A stretch of DNA of 64,000 nucleotides from Eledone cirrhosa (GCA_964016885.1 OZ024742.1:108624001-108688000), one strand, 5' to 3'. Counted from the first letter of the stretch, positions 26,816 to 41,857 are shown. The notes: generated from the letters alone by a model not told the origin. Program-made: numbers and translations.

Positions 26816-26889
<74 letters not shown>

Positions 26890-27007
26890 AGGTTATATTT
26901 AATTATGTAGAGGTTATATGTAGAGGTTATATTTAATTTGTTGGGATACAACAAGCAAAATATTTTTTATAACTGAAATAAAGCACTCAACAAATTATTG
27001 GAGTAAA

Positions 27008-27444
<437 letters not shown>

Positions 27445-28929
27445 AGAACTAATATATCGTGGTGGATTTCGCATACATTTCTTTAATATAGACATATAAT
27501 GAAGTCACTACTTTCATACATACTGTATAATCTGCCTTCGCTATATTTGATAACTAATTTGTCACAATTGATATACACTGTCTGCATGCGACCATGCAGC
27601 CACCAGAATATGGACAAATATTACGGAAATATCAGTTTGATTTCGAGTTAAATCCATAAATACCAGCTGGCACAATCGTCTTTTGAGATTCAGTGAACCA
27701 CACTGTGAACCATTCCTCCATACGTTTGAATGACGAGAAAATTTGGGGAATGTCTTCACAACTAGATTTATGGCGGAAAGTAAACATGACAGATAGCGTA
27801 ACAGTGATTATTCTAGTGGAAGGAAAACTTCACAAATGAACATGAATTGTAATGTTTTTTCTCAAGTTATTCCATTCCATAAAACATTTCCATAATTCTA
27901 TATTTCTATGTCTGCCATCATAGAAATCATTTGGTTAAAGCGTCATCAATTTTACAACCTTTTTTCAGTTATATTATTTTTATTTTATTGCTTTATATAT
28001 TTATGCTTCTCTCCGTCATCTTGCTACAGGTTAAGTTGGATGGCACAATCTGTAAAATGGATAAATGAAATGATTTGCAATGTTAACACCGGTGTATTAA
28101 GAATTTATTATTATTATCGATTTCAGTTAGAGGATGGCGCTCAATCTGGCTACAAGGGTTCTAATCGATCATATCAACACCAATACATATCTCCGCCTGG
28201 AACAGATTTTATCGTATCCCTTAGTTTTAACTTTTTGCCATAAATCGATGCAACTCGTGGCACTACTCAGAGAGAAGCATATACACATATATAGATACAC
28301 ATAGGCACACAATCACTCACTTACACAAACAGTTCTTCACCCAGATGAATCCAATAAAAGTAAAGGTTTATCAAATATGAGAAATAATTGGATGAAGATG
28401 AAGAGGTTTCTGTGCAGTTAAAATAACAATCCACTTAACAACATAACCATACAGGTGAGAATTAAACCATGCAGGTGAGAAAAGCACAATGAGACAGGTG
28501 AAAATAAAATCGTGAAAATACACAGCCATACAGGTGAAAATAAAGCAACCTAATAACGAACAGGTGAAGGATATTCTATATGTTCACTTGGCCTGCTAGA
28601 AATAGCAGGGAAATCACTCTCAAATCTCCGCATATATGCGTTTTAAAAGGTGAAAGGAATATTAGGTTGGATTATACAAAATGACGGGATGGCCATGACT
28701 TGGAACTCTTGTGATCATAGGTATCTTCGATCATAGCTGACAAGCAACAACAGTAATTTAATAAAGAATGCTCATATTTAATTAAAGAAATAACTGCTAC
28801 ATTCGAAGGAGTGAAGTATTTACAAAAACAAAAACCAACTCAAAATTACGAGGAAAGAAGAATCGACCTAATAAATAGTGTGTGGGTGGGGGGGTGATCG
28901 TTGGGTTGTGTCTTTGGACAAAGAACTTT

Positions 28930-29150
28930 ATTTCAGGTTGCTCCATTCCACCCAGTTGGAAAAAAATGAGTTGTGACTTTGTTTCCAAAGGCAAACCTTA
29001 TTGCACACTGTGTCACAGCGAATCTCCCTGAGAGTTACGGAAGAAATAGACGTGTGTGGAATACTCATCCACTTAAACGTTAATTTCACGAGCAGGCTGT
29101 TATTTTGGTTGAACACGTGGAACACTCGTCATCGGAATAGAAGGAGGTCC
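28930..29150 (+). mobile_element. Second SINE family, degraded (other copies near 19650-19925, 23205-23515, 29918-30040, 32935-33070, 39335-39420)
   Basis: Shared ctttatttcacgttgctc and cacgttaatttcacgagcaggctg blocks; tRNA-like head in the 29918 copy. Confidence 0.7.
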
Positions 29151-30549
29151 AACATCAACTACTCTTAAAGAGTTCTACGAGATTTCGTCTGATCGCAATA
29201 AAACTAGCTATAATTGATACAATATTTCATATTCAGCTGTATATATAGTTACTAACAGGAAGAGAGAAAATGAAAAGTCGAGGAGAGAATGAATAAAAAC
29301 GATCGAGGAGGAAGTGTGGATGTGGCACATTCTACGTGTTAATAGTGAGCTGTATGTCTCAGCTGCGGCATGTAGATAACATGGCAAAAGTATTGCCGCG
29401 AAGAACAGCCAGTGATACCCGACGTATCAGCCATTCAACTTCACGGAGCTTCTTCCTGGACAGCACATCACAGCTGTGTGGTGTTGACAAGATGGCGAAG
29501 GCACTGTCGCGGATAACAGTCAGTGATACCATCATACCACATGGTGTGATCATACCTTCGTTCCAATTGATGGAACGAAAACAGCAATCCACGGGAGATT
29601 CCACAAAAAAAGTGGTCAGTCAATGCTATAATTTGTACCAACACCAGAGTCTTGTCAAGTAAGCCTATTCTCTAAACTACTGGGGACAACTTATAAGCAT
29701 GTATAATTTATCTAAAACTCCACCCCACCCCACCACCACCACCACCACCACCACGAGAATCATTGATCATTGATCCATGTCTGGGACATGGATACAACAT
29801 ATATATATATATATACATGTATATATATAACATACATATATATATATAGCATATATGATATAATATATATATACATACATATATATATACATATATATAA
29901 TATATATATACAACATGTGAAGGCGCGTGGATGAGTTATTAGAGAATTGGATTCACAATCTTGAGGTTGTCAGTTCGATTCCTGGACCGGGCGATGCGTT
30001 ATATCCTTCGGCAAAACACTTTATTTCACGTTGCTCCTTCTACCTGGGGTTGCGACCGATAGATAGTATTAACAATTGGAAAGATCGACGGAAATATTGT
30101 TTCCTCGGTTCGATTTGACGAAAGTCGATCGAACCTATATATATACAACATATACATATATAACATACATATATATATATAACATATATATATGTATAGA
30201 GATATGTAGGTGAGGGGATACTGTAAGAAGTGTATATATGTATGAATTGACGGTTGTATGGATGAATGGATGGATAGATGTATGTATGGATGACTGAATG
30301 AATGAATGAATGAATATATGGATAGATGCATAGATGTATTTTAATATGACTTGCTTTATTCCATGATTCTATTCAATAAATCTTATTTAAAATACGTTTA
30401 TGATACAATAAGGACAAGAAAAGAAATATATATATCTATGTATATATATATATATGATATATACATGATATATATGATATATATATATATATATATATCC
30501 ACACACACAAATATATATAATTATATATATATATATATATATATATTTA

Positions 30550-30587
<38 letters not shown>

Positions 30588-30593
30588 ACACAC

Positions 30594-30647
<54 letters not shown>

Positions 30648-31734
30648 GATATATATGATATATATATATATATATATCCACACACACAAATATATATATA
30701 TATATATATGTATGATATATATATATATATCCACACGCACAAATATATAGATATGGGTGGGGCGTTATACGTGTGTGCGAATAATATTTCTATATGGAGA
30801 CTACAAGTCGTTTGTATTCAGGAAATGAAAATTAGAGATATTGGCAGGTGACTAAAGTGAAAAAAGAAAAAGAGAAGAAATATTACATTTTAACAAGAAG
30901 TTGGTGGCTAAAATGACAAGAAACTTTGATGTTCTATGAAAACGATAATAATAATCGTCTTGGGATTTCAATAGATATGCCGGAGGATAGCCGAAATTTA
31001 AGAAAAACAATATATATATATAAATGTATTAACTGCCAAAGTGGAATATTAGTGATAAAGTGATATGATTCAATTGAATGGTAGGCTCCTATTAGATGGA
31101 GATTCATCAATTGATTCAACTGAAGCTTTTGATTTTATTGAAACAAAATTTTACTAGAGACGGAGAGAATGAAGTTAAATATTCGCGCGCTCACACATGC
31201 AGACAGACTCAGAGTCTCACGCACACACCAGCAAAAAAAAAATTTAATTGATGTAAACACTTAGACATTGAAAGCATTATAATATTTATTGATTCATGTG
31301 GTTATGACTATAGGTAGTAAGAATGTGGGATCGAATGATTTGCAGTATTCATTCTGGCTCTCTATGTTTTCAGTTCAATTGTTGTTAAGGCCAACTTTTC
31401 ATTTCATCTTGGGGTCAATTTTTCTATATCACTTTTTCGTTTCTTTTCCTCCTCTCTCGCGGGAGGCACTCTTTCCCATGGAAAAATCGGCTGCACTCAA
31501 GGCTGGAGAAGGGTGGGGTCGAACAGGTTTATATCACTGCGTCTTACCTACGACTCTACCACGAGTTAATAGCTCAAGCTCATGACATTTTTATGGCTGT
31601 TTCTATCATATATTATGGTAGATACTACAGGTGGTAGAACACCAATTTTACGGCTCCAACCACCTTTGGATCCAGACCCGTGTCGAATTATCGGTTTTTC
31701 CTTATCTTTTCTTCTCTGCTAACTTATTCCTGAA

Positions 31735-32650
31735 GGTGTCGTCAGGGTTGAGTCTTCAGACACACCTTCCAGAGGGACAAATCTGAAGCAACCGTCTCCA
31801 AATGATCCGAATCGATCCCCAAGTGAAGTCAAATGAGCTTACGGATATTATTCAACTATCTTGCTTATGATCGTCTTGGGTCATCTGACAGTTGGCTTTA
31901 CCCCATAAAATCTGTCCAGCGATTCTTTCCTCAAACATTCTAACCACGTGTCCGTAGTACATGAGATGCGATCTCTCGATGTGGAGAAGTACCGGATTTA
32001 CCTGGAGTGACTCCCTGATCTGCGAGCTACGCGGCCTATCGAGTAACGTTACTCAAATGCCCTTCACAGGAACCCCCATTTCTTGTATTCGCTCTCGTAT
32101 ACTTTTGGTCATTATACATGATTCATGACTATACATAAGGGTAAGCATGAGCACCGAATTGAAGATAGCTTGTATAGCTTTTACACCTATTTCCCTTCTT
32201 TTGGTGATGGAGAGCTGAAGCTGGCGCCTTTAATTCAGCTTCCTGCCTTCCATCACTCGTGAAAACGACCCCGAGATACATGAGCTTCACCTGCTTCAGT
32301 GAAACTCTTTTCATGCAGAGTGCACTGCACAGTCTTTCTTGAAAAGACGAATATCTGTCTTCGCAGCACTGATTTTCATTCCTGTCGTAGAACACTCAGC
32401 AGGATACCTATTCAGTGTATGTTGGGGATCAACTTCCGACAAGTTAAGTAGTACCATGTCTACAAATTCCAGCCGACTGATACTGCATCCACCGATTTTG
32501 ATATCACTTCCCACACTGCTGCTCATATCGTTTCCGTTCATGAAGATTATGAACAAGAGAGGTGACAATACACACACTTGGTGAAGTCCGACACCCACAT
32601 TGAATGGTTACGACTTATCATCGTTTATCCGAACACAAATACTAGGGCAT
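31735..32650 (-). mobile_element. RTE-clade LINE fragment, decayed RT and C-terminus
   Basis: GVGLHQVCVLSPLLFIIFM, GMKISAAKT, YLGVVFTSDGRQEAE. Confidence 0.8.
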
Positions 32651-34143
32651 TCGTTTTACCGGACTAGATTATAATCCACTAGAAATATACTATGAAGTCG
32701 GAAACACTTTCCTTACACCTTAACTATAACAATATGAAGGTGAGAATATTTAAAATTAAATCTAATGTCGCGTGGTAACGTCCTAACGCAAATCAGCTAA
32801 TTTGGAGGGTCACAGGAAATTCATATGCCCATCCTTAACTATATTCGGATAAAACGAGGTTCCGAACTATCAATTGACGAGAAAAATGTTGTACCTGTAA
32901 AATTTGGTATTACATGAACGCTATGGGTACACGAATTTATGGAATACTCAAGGACATACACGTTAATTCATGAGGTACACGTTCAATTGAAACCACTGTG
33001 CTCTCAAGGAATCGAACTGACAACTTGACGATTGTGAGGTCGATCGCCCTAACCACAAAGCCAAGTACCTTCAAGAGATTATAAGTTAATAAAAAATAAA
33101 TGGTAAAGAAAATGAGTATAGTATTCTTCATCTTGTATTCATGTTGAAAGCAAGCCTCCGTTGTTTGCAAAAAAATGACTTTCAAACATTGAGGCATAAT
33201 TTTACATCAACGAAAAGGGTTAATAAATGTTTTTAAAATACAGATAATATAGTAACTTTTGGTGTTTGTTTTAATTTCTTAAGAAAATAAATTATTCTTG
33301 GGAGATGAAGATTTATAAAGTATGATTAACCCCTCAGGTTTGTTTGCAACCTAATTTGTACTTCACAAACGGACAACAACAAGAAAAATTGCTTAGTTTC
33401 AGAATATTGAACATTTTCCAAATTTTGTTTTTAGATTTCCTAATCTCAACATATAGAAAATTTTGCCACAGGTTTAACCAAACAGAAATGCCATTAACTG
33501 GGTTTCAAGATATCAACTTAATCACAAAAAGAATTGCCTCTTGCTTTTATGAGATCTTATGTAAATTAGCAAACATTTTGACGCATGATATAATAATTAA
33601 TAGTGACAACAAGAATTTAAGATGAAATTGATTTTTTTGAAAATAATTTTATCTTAGGAAGAACATTTTGGAAAATTGTTTACTAAAACTACTTCATTGT
33701 TTTCCTTCTCATTTTGTAAAGATTGTTTACTGAAGTTAAACATGTATGAAGAATTCTACACAGAGAGGAATGGAGAAGGTGAACATGTAAGGAGATTACT
33801 CTTGTTATCTAAAGGGTTTCATTCACATTTTAGATTGAATAATTTGAAAAGAGTTACGTTAAAAACAAACAAAAGAAAGCAGGAAAGAAAAAACTAGACG
33901 TTGACACAAACATAAACCGGAATAACTACAACATAGAGACACACACAAGTATATAAATATATATACATATATACATATATATATGTGTGTGTGTGTATAT
34001 ACGTATATGTTATATATATATATATACATACACACAAACATATATATATATATATATGTGTGTGTGTATGTATATATAAATACGTGTCTATATATATATG
34101 CATATGTATATGTGTATATACATGGGTGCATGTGTGTGTGTAA

Positions 34144-34600
34144 CCGATCGTGCGGTTAAACCACTGGGAGTGAAGGACCCCTAGCCTTTGTCAAGGCATT
34201 CTTCTAGGAGAAGGCAACTCAGGAAACTGGGATAACTCCGATATAAAACCTGCGGCTCAGTAGTTACCGATAATGTTGATCTTTTCTTCTTTTCGGATTA
34301 TAGCTACTGTCGCTCAGAGAGTGGGATTGGCTCAGTGCACAGTCTTTCCTCACTTTAAAAAAATATCTTCACGCACAGGCATTGCACGATAGAATTAGAA
34401 GAATGCCCTGACAAACACTCCCAGTAGTTTAACCGCGCGATCGGATATCCAGCCCGACTATTTCTGTCGCCGCGCATATACACACATATGCACACATGCA
34501 TATACATATATGCCCTTTGTCAGGTTTTGTCCTGCAGGGTGTCCAAAATCACCCTCCTCACCAAGTAAACTTGGTGGGGTTGCCGGTTTAGTTGCAACAG
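34144..34600. mobile_element. Fold-back made of RTE-like 5'UTR sequence
   Basis: 34144-34207 is inverted versus ~34389-34444; contains ctaggagaaggcaactc, a block I recognise from RTE 5'UTRs. Confidence 0.45.
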
Positions 34601-34608
34601 TTGTATAC

Positions 34609-34658
<50 letters not shown>

Positions 34659-34659
34659 G

Positions 34660-34707
34660 GCTTCTACAGGACTAGAACTTTCATTCGTAGGAAATCATCA
34701 GGAAAGT
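34660..34707 (-). ncRNA. Degenerate hammerhead of the 42426 family
   Basis: CTGATGA-tttc-ctac-gaat-GAAA with a 2-nt deletion in stem III; GTA-gaagc. Confidence 0.6.
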
Positions 34708-35059
34708 TGGCTGTCAATGTGTTGTGGTAGTATTTATACATTTTCTGGTGGTAGGGGAGGGTGGTGATTGGGATGGATGGAGATCATTGGGGGTTCTTTG
34801 AAAAACTATCCTTAGAGAAAAATATAGAGAAAAATACATAGTGATACAGAGGGATACAGAGGGATACAAAGGCAGGCACTCCTTATTTTTCACGGTTCAA
34901 TTATATTAAGCAGACAAAAGGTTTTTATTTAAGTGGCTGTATTAACATGCTGTATTAAAGTCTACAAAATGCTCAGGTCTTTACAATCACACACTGACAC
35001 ACACGTATATATACGTTTTTGAACTTAGTGCGGCATTTGAAAGTAGATTAGAAGAAGCA

Positions 35060-35210
35060 CATGTAATCAAAACAAAAAAAATTGATTGAGGCACTGTCTC
35101 AAACTGAAAATGAACTCAAACTCTCCCATGAAAAAGAGAGCAGAAAGAGAAGCCAGGGATATAGAAAACATAAAGGCGAACCCTCAGTCCTTCTTTAAAT
35201 TTGCAATGAC
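35060..35210 (+). mobile_element. Short CR1/Jockey-group LINE linker fragment
   Basis: EARDIENIKANPQSFFKFA matches the IKxNPKxFFxY/FA pre-RT motif. Confidence 0.55.
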
Positions 35211-35892
35211 TAGTATTTTAATGCAGCGTGTGAGATACATTTTAGAAAAGACCTAAACATGCAAACGAAGGGCATCATGGTCTTAAAGATATTTACCAAA
35301 AATCGATAATTGGTGATCGATACTAATTACTGTAATCGAAGTTAAACTTTCTATCTCTGATTCTTTGAAACATGCCTGCTTATGTAAACATAATATTTAT
35401 GAAAGTGCATCACTATGTTTCAAATTTGTATTTAAATTTACATATCATTTGCTTCATATATGTGTACAAAATAATATTTTGTTTCTCAATTGATATATCC
35501 ATGTGTATATCGTTTACAAATATATTATGTTTCAGATGCTCTGCACAGGAGTTTATTGAGCTTTTTACTGAGAACACTATCGATATATATTTTATATGTA
35601 TTGATTAAACCTAAAATTAACTTATATATGTGGTGTGGGTCGCTTCTGTCGTATCTAAAGGACAGAAGCGACCCAAACAATAAAATGATTCAAAGGTAAG
35701 TTCTCTTACTCCATGAAACAGTTGTATAGAAAGAACCGGAATTTTACCATCTTTATGTAGGTTCTTTTACTTGCTATCCGATCTTCTTTGGCAATGTGTG
35801 TGCATGTGTGTGTGTAATGAGAATCGATCTTTTATCACGCTATGTAAGTTCTTTCACTTACTTTCTGATTTTCTTATATCATTCTATCTATC

Positions 35893-36472
35893 TAAGGCGG
35901 GTAAAATTCCCGAGATCCATGGACGAGTTCTCTCCAGCGGTCTCTGTCCCTCATTTAAGCTGCCATGTCCTGCGTCTCCAACAGACCAGTGTCTGTCCTT
36001 AGGGCATCAACATACGTTAACCTTGGTCTTCCTCTTCTAGTGTGACCATGCAGGGGGTCCCACAGGAGCACTGAGTGCAATGTCAACTCTGGATGTCGGT
36101 GAGCATGTCCAGCTAACCTCAGTCTCCTCTGTGTCATTTTTGAGCTGACTTTTGGGATGCTCCCATACAGCTCTGAGTTTTTCATCCTCAGTGTATACTG
36201 ATTAATGATCAGAGCCATCCTCAGCATTCTCGTGTATCACCCATCCACCATCTGAGTGAGTTTCTTGGTCAGTATCCAAGTCTCAGACCCGTACAGCAGC
36301 ACAGACTCCACTACAGCAATGAAGAGGCGGATTTTCAGGTCTTTACGAAGGTCCGACTTCCACACCGATCTCAAGCTGTGGCACGCCGCCCAGGCCTTGC
36401 TCTTCCTCTCAACCACATCATCTTCCGTATTCCCAATCTTTGCTCCCAAATATAGGAAGCCCTCAACCAATT
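35893..36472 (-). mobile_element. RTE LINE 3' fragment
   Basis: FLYLGAKI, VESVLLYGSETW, RRLRLAGH, RRGRPRLTYVD. Confidence 0.9.
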
Positions 36473-36732
36473 CTAGCAGCCCTCAACCAATTGTAGGGGA
36501 TCTTATATCATTGCACCTATATAAATATACATACATGCATCATATTTGGATACATTTTGCCATGATGATTTCTTACTTTTGAATTATTGTATTACAGTTC
36601 TTAATGAAAAATTGTTAAATTTTAAATTAGGAAATCTGGCTTCGGATTCTAACAGTGGCTATTTTTAACACTCTGGTTGACCTGTACATTTGTCAGACAA
36701 TAAGATTCATAATTTCACGGATGAATCAATAT

Positions 36733-36843
<111 letters not shown>

Positions 36844-39800
36844 AGAAATATGCAAATGCAAGGGAACATAATAGCATGCAGATACGGTTGATATGATTCA
36901 GAGAACATTACGACAAAGCGGAATTTTTATTAAACAATAAAAAAAAATCACATACACTTCTCAGGATGAAAAAATCGGACGTATAATGATAATGACTATG
37001 ATGATTATATATTTCACGTTGTGTCTGTCCACTCAACTTATCAAACTGTATCGGCATTGAACTTTCCCATGGACATCATTGTATATATATACTGTATATA
37101 TAGTTTTTATATGAGTTTCAGGTACCAAGCTGTACTGGCATCTGCTTTTTCCATGGACAACATCGGTGTCTTATAGAGGAAGGAGACTGTTAAGCATGGA
37201 TAACTGGTGTTATTCCACAAAAGATTCAAACCCATGGTCAGTCATGACAAAGAATGATTTTATAGATTCTGTGAGGCTTTCTTTGTAATATCTTCTCATT
37301 GTGATCCTTAATACACCAGCAAATGTGATCCTGTTGTTACTGAAGCATTCATTCAGATTAGTTCAGGTGTTCGAACCATTTACCTCTCTATCGATCTTTG
37401 TAAATGTCTATACATTTCTATTTCTTTTATATTATCTCTATACCTCTCTCTGTATCTATTTAACTTTGCTTATGGTCATGAAGAGGAGGTTGATGATGAC
37501 AACATTTGATGATTATGGTGATGATGATGATAATGATTGTGACGTTGGTGAAGAGGGATGATGATAATTAAAATACAATTGTTAATGAGATATCTCATTC
37601 ATTTATAGTCACTGAAAAAATTCAAGAATGATTTTCGATATATCTGAAAATTACATGTGAAGTTAAATTCATTTTGTTTGTTTTCTTTCCATTACTTGAA
37701 ATTCCTGTCAATTTTTTACGGAAATCTTAGAGTCCCATGTTTCAACAATATTATTGTATTGTGCTGTCCAACGTATATCAAATTTAATTTACGTAGAAAT
37801 GATAGCTTGAAAATGATGGAAAATTAGTTTTTTTTTATTTTTTTATGGTCACCCATTTTGGAAGTTTAAATAAAACGAATAAATCAGATACACAAAAATA
37901 AATAGTTTTCTAAACTAATTAAGCAAAAGACAAAAACGTCGTGAACGAAACCTCGCTAGGGAAGTCGAATAAAATTAATATAGCGATAGATGATTGTGGA
38001 ACATTAACAAGAGTCGTAAAAAAAAAAATCTAAAATTTATTTGACTAACCTTTCAGAAAGCACTTAAAATATTCAATTATTATTTTTTTTCGCTTGTTTC
38101 CATCGGTTTCTCCTTCAGAGCTATTGATTTTCATCGTTTCTAATTTCCAATAGCACGATAGGTTTCATTGCTTGATGTTGAATAATCCTCTAGAGATATT
38201 GTGTTAATCTTCAGTCCAGACTTACTGTCAATCATTTTTTGCCTAAGTAGTTTTTATTCTATTTTCATGGCTCCACTTTATAAAGCTAAATAGGACAACA
38301 TACTAGTTAGCTGACATAATATTGATTTGTTCTCGTTAGGTTTATTCTTGTACGAGAGCAGCAGAGTTATCTCAACCGGCTCCAGCAATTTAATGGTTGT
38401 TAGTTTTGTGTAATATTTACAGGAATAAGTAAAACATTGCAAGAAAATATTTTGAACTCTGAACATAAAAGTAGAATCATAACCGTTTTATTACGATATT
38501 CATGTGAACGATATTACCCCTGTCTTTTCATAATCAAACATTTGAAAGGATTTAGTAATAACTTGCTCGTTATTAAGTTGGTGTTAAGAATTTAAATGTT
38601 CTTACATAACATTACGGTGGGAAGTTTTTAGATAAATTTAAGGACTTTAAAATAAACAGTTATGTATTGTCAAGTAAGGGACGGTTTCAGGAAATTTCGT
38701 ATCAAAGGGTTAAACATTGTAAAATTTTACATTGACTTCCTTAGCCGGAATATATACCGGCTAAGGAAGTCAATGCGTAATGAAGAGTGCAAATTCCTGA
38801 CTTAATGATACTCCATACATGTAGCCGAAGAAGTGACGCTACATTCAGTCTTTGCACATCCAATGGCACATCTACTGGTTAATGCACTTAATCATCTGCA
38901 GATCACCCTCTACCAGCTCCAAGTGTGGAACTTTTACTGTCATGCAAAATTTATTCTCCACCCTCGCAGACTCGAGGGAAGTTATCTGCGATAAATTAGC
39001 GTTACATTGAAAGTAGGAGATATATTTCAATTATAATGAAGTAGAATATATAATAAATGTCTTCCATCCTCAATATAATGCTTGTGTGCTGGTGCTTAAT
39101 TAGTTTGTTGGCCCTACGTATTTTACTGACTCTAAAGCACATCGATCCCTGTGGGTTTTGAAATCAGTATAAAAACATGGAATTAAATACTCTATTTTCC
39201 GGAAAAGTATATTTTAACAAAAGAGTTTAACTCGTGTACATTTTGGCCAAACTATGTATCCATTATCTGTGCTACTCTCATTTCATCATTTATGGCAGAT
39301 AGCTACTTTCTTTCAGGTGCATATTTACTCGGTGAATGCGCGTGACCTACCCAGTTGGTTGAGGCGTTTCACTCATAATCATAAAGTGCTTTCTTGAACA
39401 AGACGATTTATTTCACGCTGCTTTTCATATAAGGACCCTATCATCAAAATCCTATGAGATGCATCCTCTTTGGAGGTCAGCTAAACCTGCATAGATATGA
39501 GCTGTAGCAACAACCTGTTAAGACTGTGGCCTGTCATTAAAACAGCCAGGAAACCTCATGTGAGATACCTCCTGCATAGGTACGAACTGTAAATTTCATT
39601 TAATTTCATATTCACTCTCAGTTTGAAACAATTTTATCTGAATATAAAAAAAAAAAAAAAAAAGAAATTCAAACAAAAATTTGGAAATATCTTTTGTTAA
39701 TTAGAATACTTAATTAACAAAATAGCAAATGTTTCTAATCAAATCTCAATTGCATTTCATAAGGATTTTATAATACAGTTTCGGCGTTGATTTTCAGTTA

Positions 39801-40917
39801 CATTATTATTAAAGAGAAACTTTTGTGTTTGTCGCTTGAACAAATTTCAAAGGAATAACTCTGATGTAATTATATGATTCCACTCGAGAGATATTGTAAA
39901 TTACATTTCTATGAAATATACACGGATAATGTGACCACTTGAATTTAAATCAGCCTAGAACAATCGTTTCCAACCATTTCACCACCAAGCACCCCTTTTA
40001 TTTAAGGAAAGTTTACCACACCCTCTTCACGTTGCAGTTACTTCCCTCTTAGATACGACGAGAATAACGATTGAAAAAGAGAAACGGTTATATTTAGAAC
40101 AGAATAGATACCCAAAAGTGTGTGTATATTGTTTTTAACAAAATACTTGAAAATGTTATACAGTGAGTATAACAATTCAAAGAGATGTTTATACTGAGAG
40201 AAGAACGGATATCCAGTATTGTATGTGTGTATTAAGTTTTTAACAAAATACTTGAAATGTTATACAGTAGACGTAATAAGCGAACGAAAGAATTATTTCT
40301 ACTTAGAGAAAAACGGATACACAATAGTGTGTGTACATCATTTTTAAAACAAAGTACGTGAACTCTTGAACTTACTAAGTCTGTGGCCTAGAGTAAAATG
40401 CTGTAGCATTGTGGACATATTTTTACATCACATAATACTTTTCTATCAAACAGAATTTGATTAAGCAAATTTACTACTTGCCTTTCTTTGCATATATAAC
40501 ATGACGGCGACGAAAGTGGGGATGAAGTTGGTGGTGGTGAAAATAGTGGAGCGTAATCTGTAGAAAATGCTGAAATTGAAGAATAGAAAATTTGTCGAGA
40601 TGGATGTCTAGAGAGATTTGTATAAGAATGGATGATAGATTACGCAGTTTATATAGCAGATAGTATCGAAGTCATAATTAATATGATGAGGCAAAGAATC
40701 ACATTCGTTAAAATATTCTAGAGAAGAAGAAATCACTAGAGCGTATCTCTTAGCTTTTACTAAGGTTATAGAAGAGAACAAAATAAATATGTCTGAGATA
40801 ACGGAAGTTTATTGACGAGGATAATATCGATGCAAGAACACCAAGTGTCAGCCTTTCGTTATAATATTTTTAATGAAACACAATGCATATGACTTTCAAA
40901 TAATCAAGAATTTATGT

Positions 40918-41130
40918 TTAACCCTTTAGCATTTTAATTACTCTATATTTACTATTGTATTTTCACAGTAAAGGCTTTATCTTACATAATATTATCTCAC
41001 ATAATATTGAATCTACGAGATTTTGATGTTATTTATTTTGAGAACAATACCTTAATGTAGGTATAAGTGGCCAGTTACAGCCAGTTTGAACAGAAAGAGG
41101 ATAGGGCCGGTTTAAATGATAAAGGGTTAA
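40918..41130. mobile_element. piggyBac-type MITE
   Basis: TTAA-ccctttagcattt...aaatgataaaggg-TTAA; related single termini near 38713 and 41450. Confidence 0.75.
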
Positions 41131-41816
41131 TGACCTTATATGATGACATATAAGGCTCTGCTCTTCTAAAAGATATGCGAAGTTATAGTATCAATAACAT
41201 TAAATACATATAAACGCACTAACAATATTTCTCTGACTATTCCCTGCTGAAACGTCTGGGGGCTCATATATGACACCAAATACATTAGCTATATAACTAA
41301 CTTACCCATTCATTAGCTGTTTGGAACGTAAAGTTTCTAACATAAAATTATGATGGAAGGGCTTTTAGATAAATATAAACATTTTAAAATAAACAGTTTT
41401 GTATCATAGAAATTGGGCGGTTTCCGGCGGTTTGGTATCTAAAGGATTAAAAGGTAGACGTAGTGTGTGGAAAGCCAGCCTGTGTCACTGCACAAGTATG
41501 ATGAAGGCCCACATAATCTGGAAAGCATGATTTTATATATATATATATATGAATGTATGTATAGTATATTTGGCAATATACAGTATGTTTAATTTTAAAC
41601 ATTTTCAAGACCTTGCGCTATCATTTTAAAGTAGTGACTAGGTCACTTACTTCTTTTTTCAGCAAAGGAAGTGAGAGATTCTGTTTCACACTGTTGGTGT
41701 TCCTCAGAGCAACGTACCGAAAATTGTAGAGGCTGGATTCTTATAGAATTCCGGTAATAATCAGGAACTAATTATACAAAGCAATTGCCGGTCCAGCAAC
41801 ATTGCTATTTCAGAGC

Positions 41817-41857
41817 ACTCTGAGGAACACCAACAGTGTGAAATAGAATCTGTCAGC
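41817..41857 (+). ncRNA. Type I hammerhead ribozyme
   Basis: CTGAGGA-acac-caaca-gtgt-GAAA-tag-aat-ctg-TC-agc; stem I is shortened at the inversion junction. Confidence 0.75.

Larger units (their letters stand above)
24428..26820 (+). mobile_element. Penelope-like element: inverted 5' pLTR piece, decayed RT C-terminus/GIY-YIG, 3' pLTR
   Basis: NFPPSHKYYRLFNKNNIKISF; NCPLDGHCLSNNVV; KTYIGAT..FKTRF; 24428-24568 is inverted versus ~26510-26648; hammerhead at 26477; ends in (TA)n. Confidence 0.8.

Noticed and set aside
38050-38460. Possible host exon on the minus strand (ttcag acceptor, gttagt donor)
   Set aside because: No frame stays open across it and there is no recognisable protein motif; cannot be supported without RNA data.
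38730-38775. Short palindrome around tatata
   Set aside because: About 19-bp arms with no family or motif link; too small to interpret.
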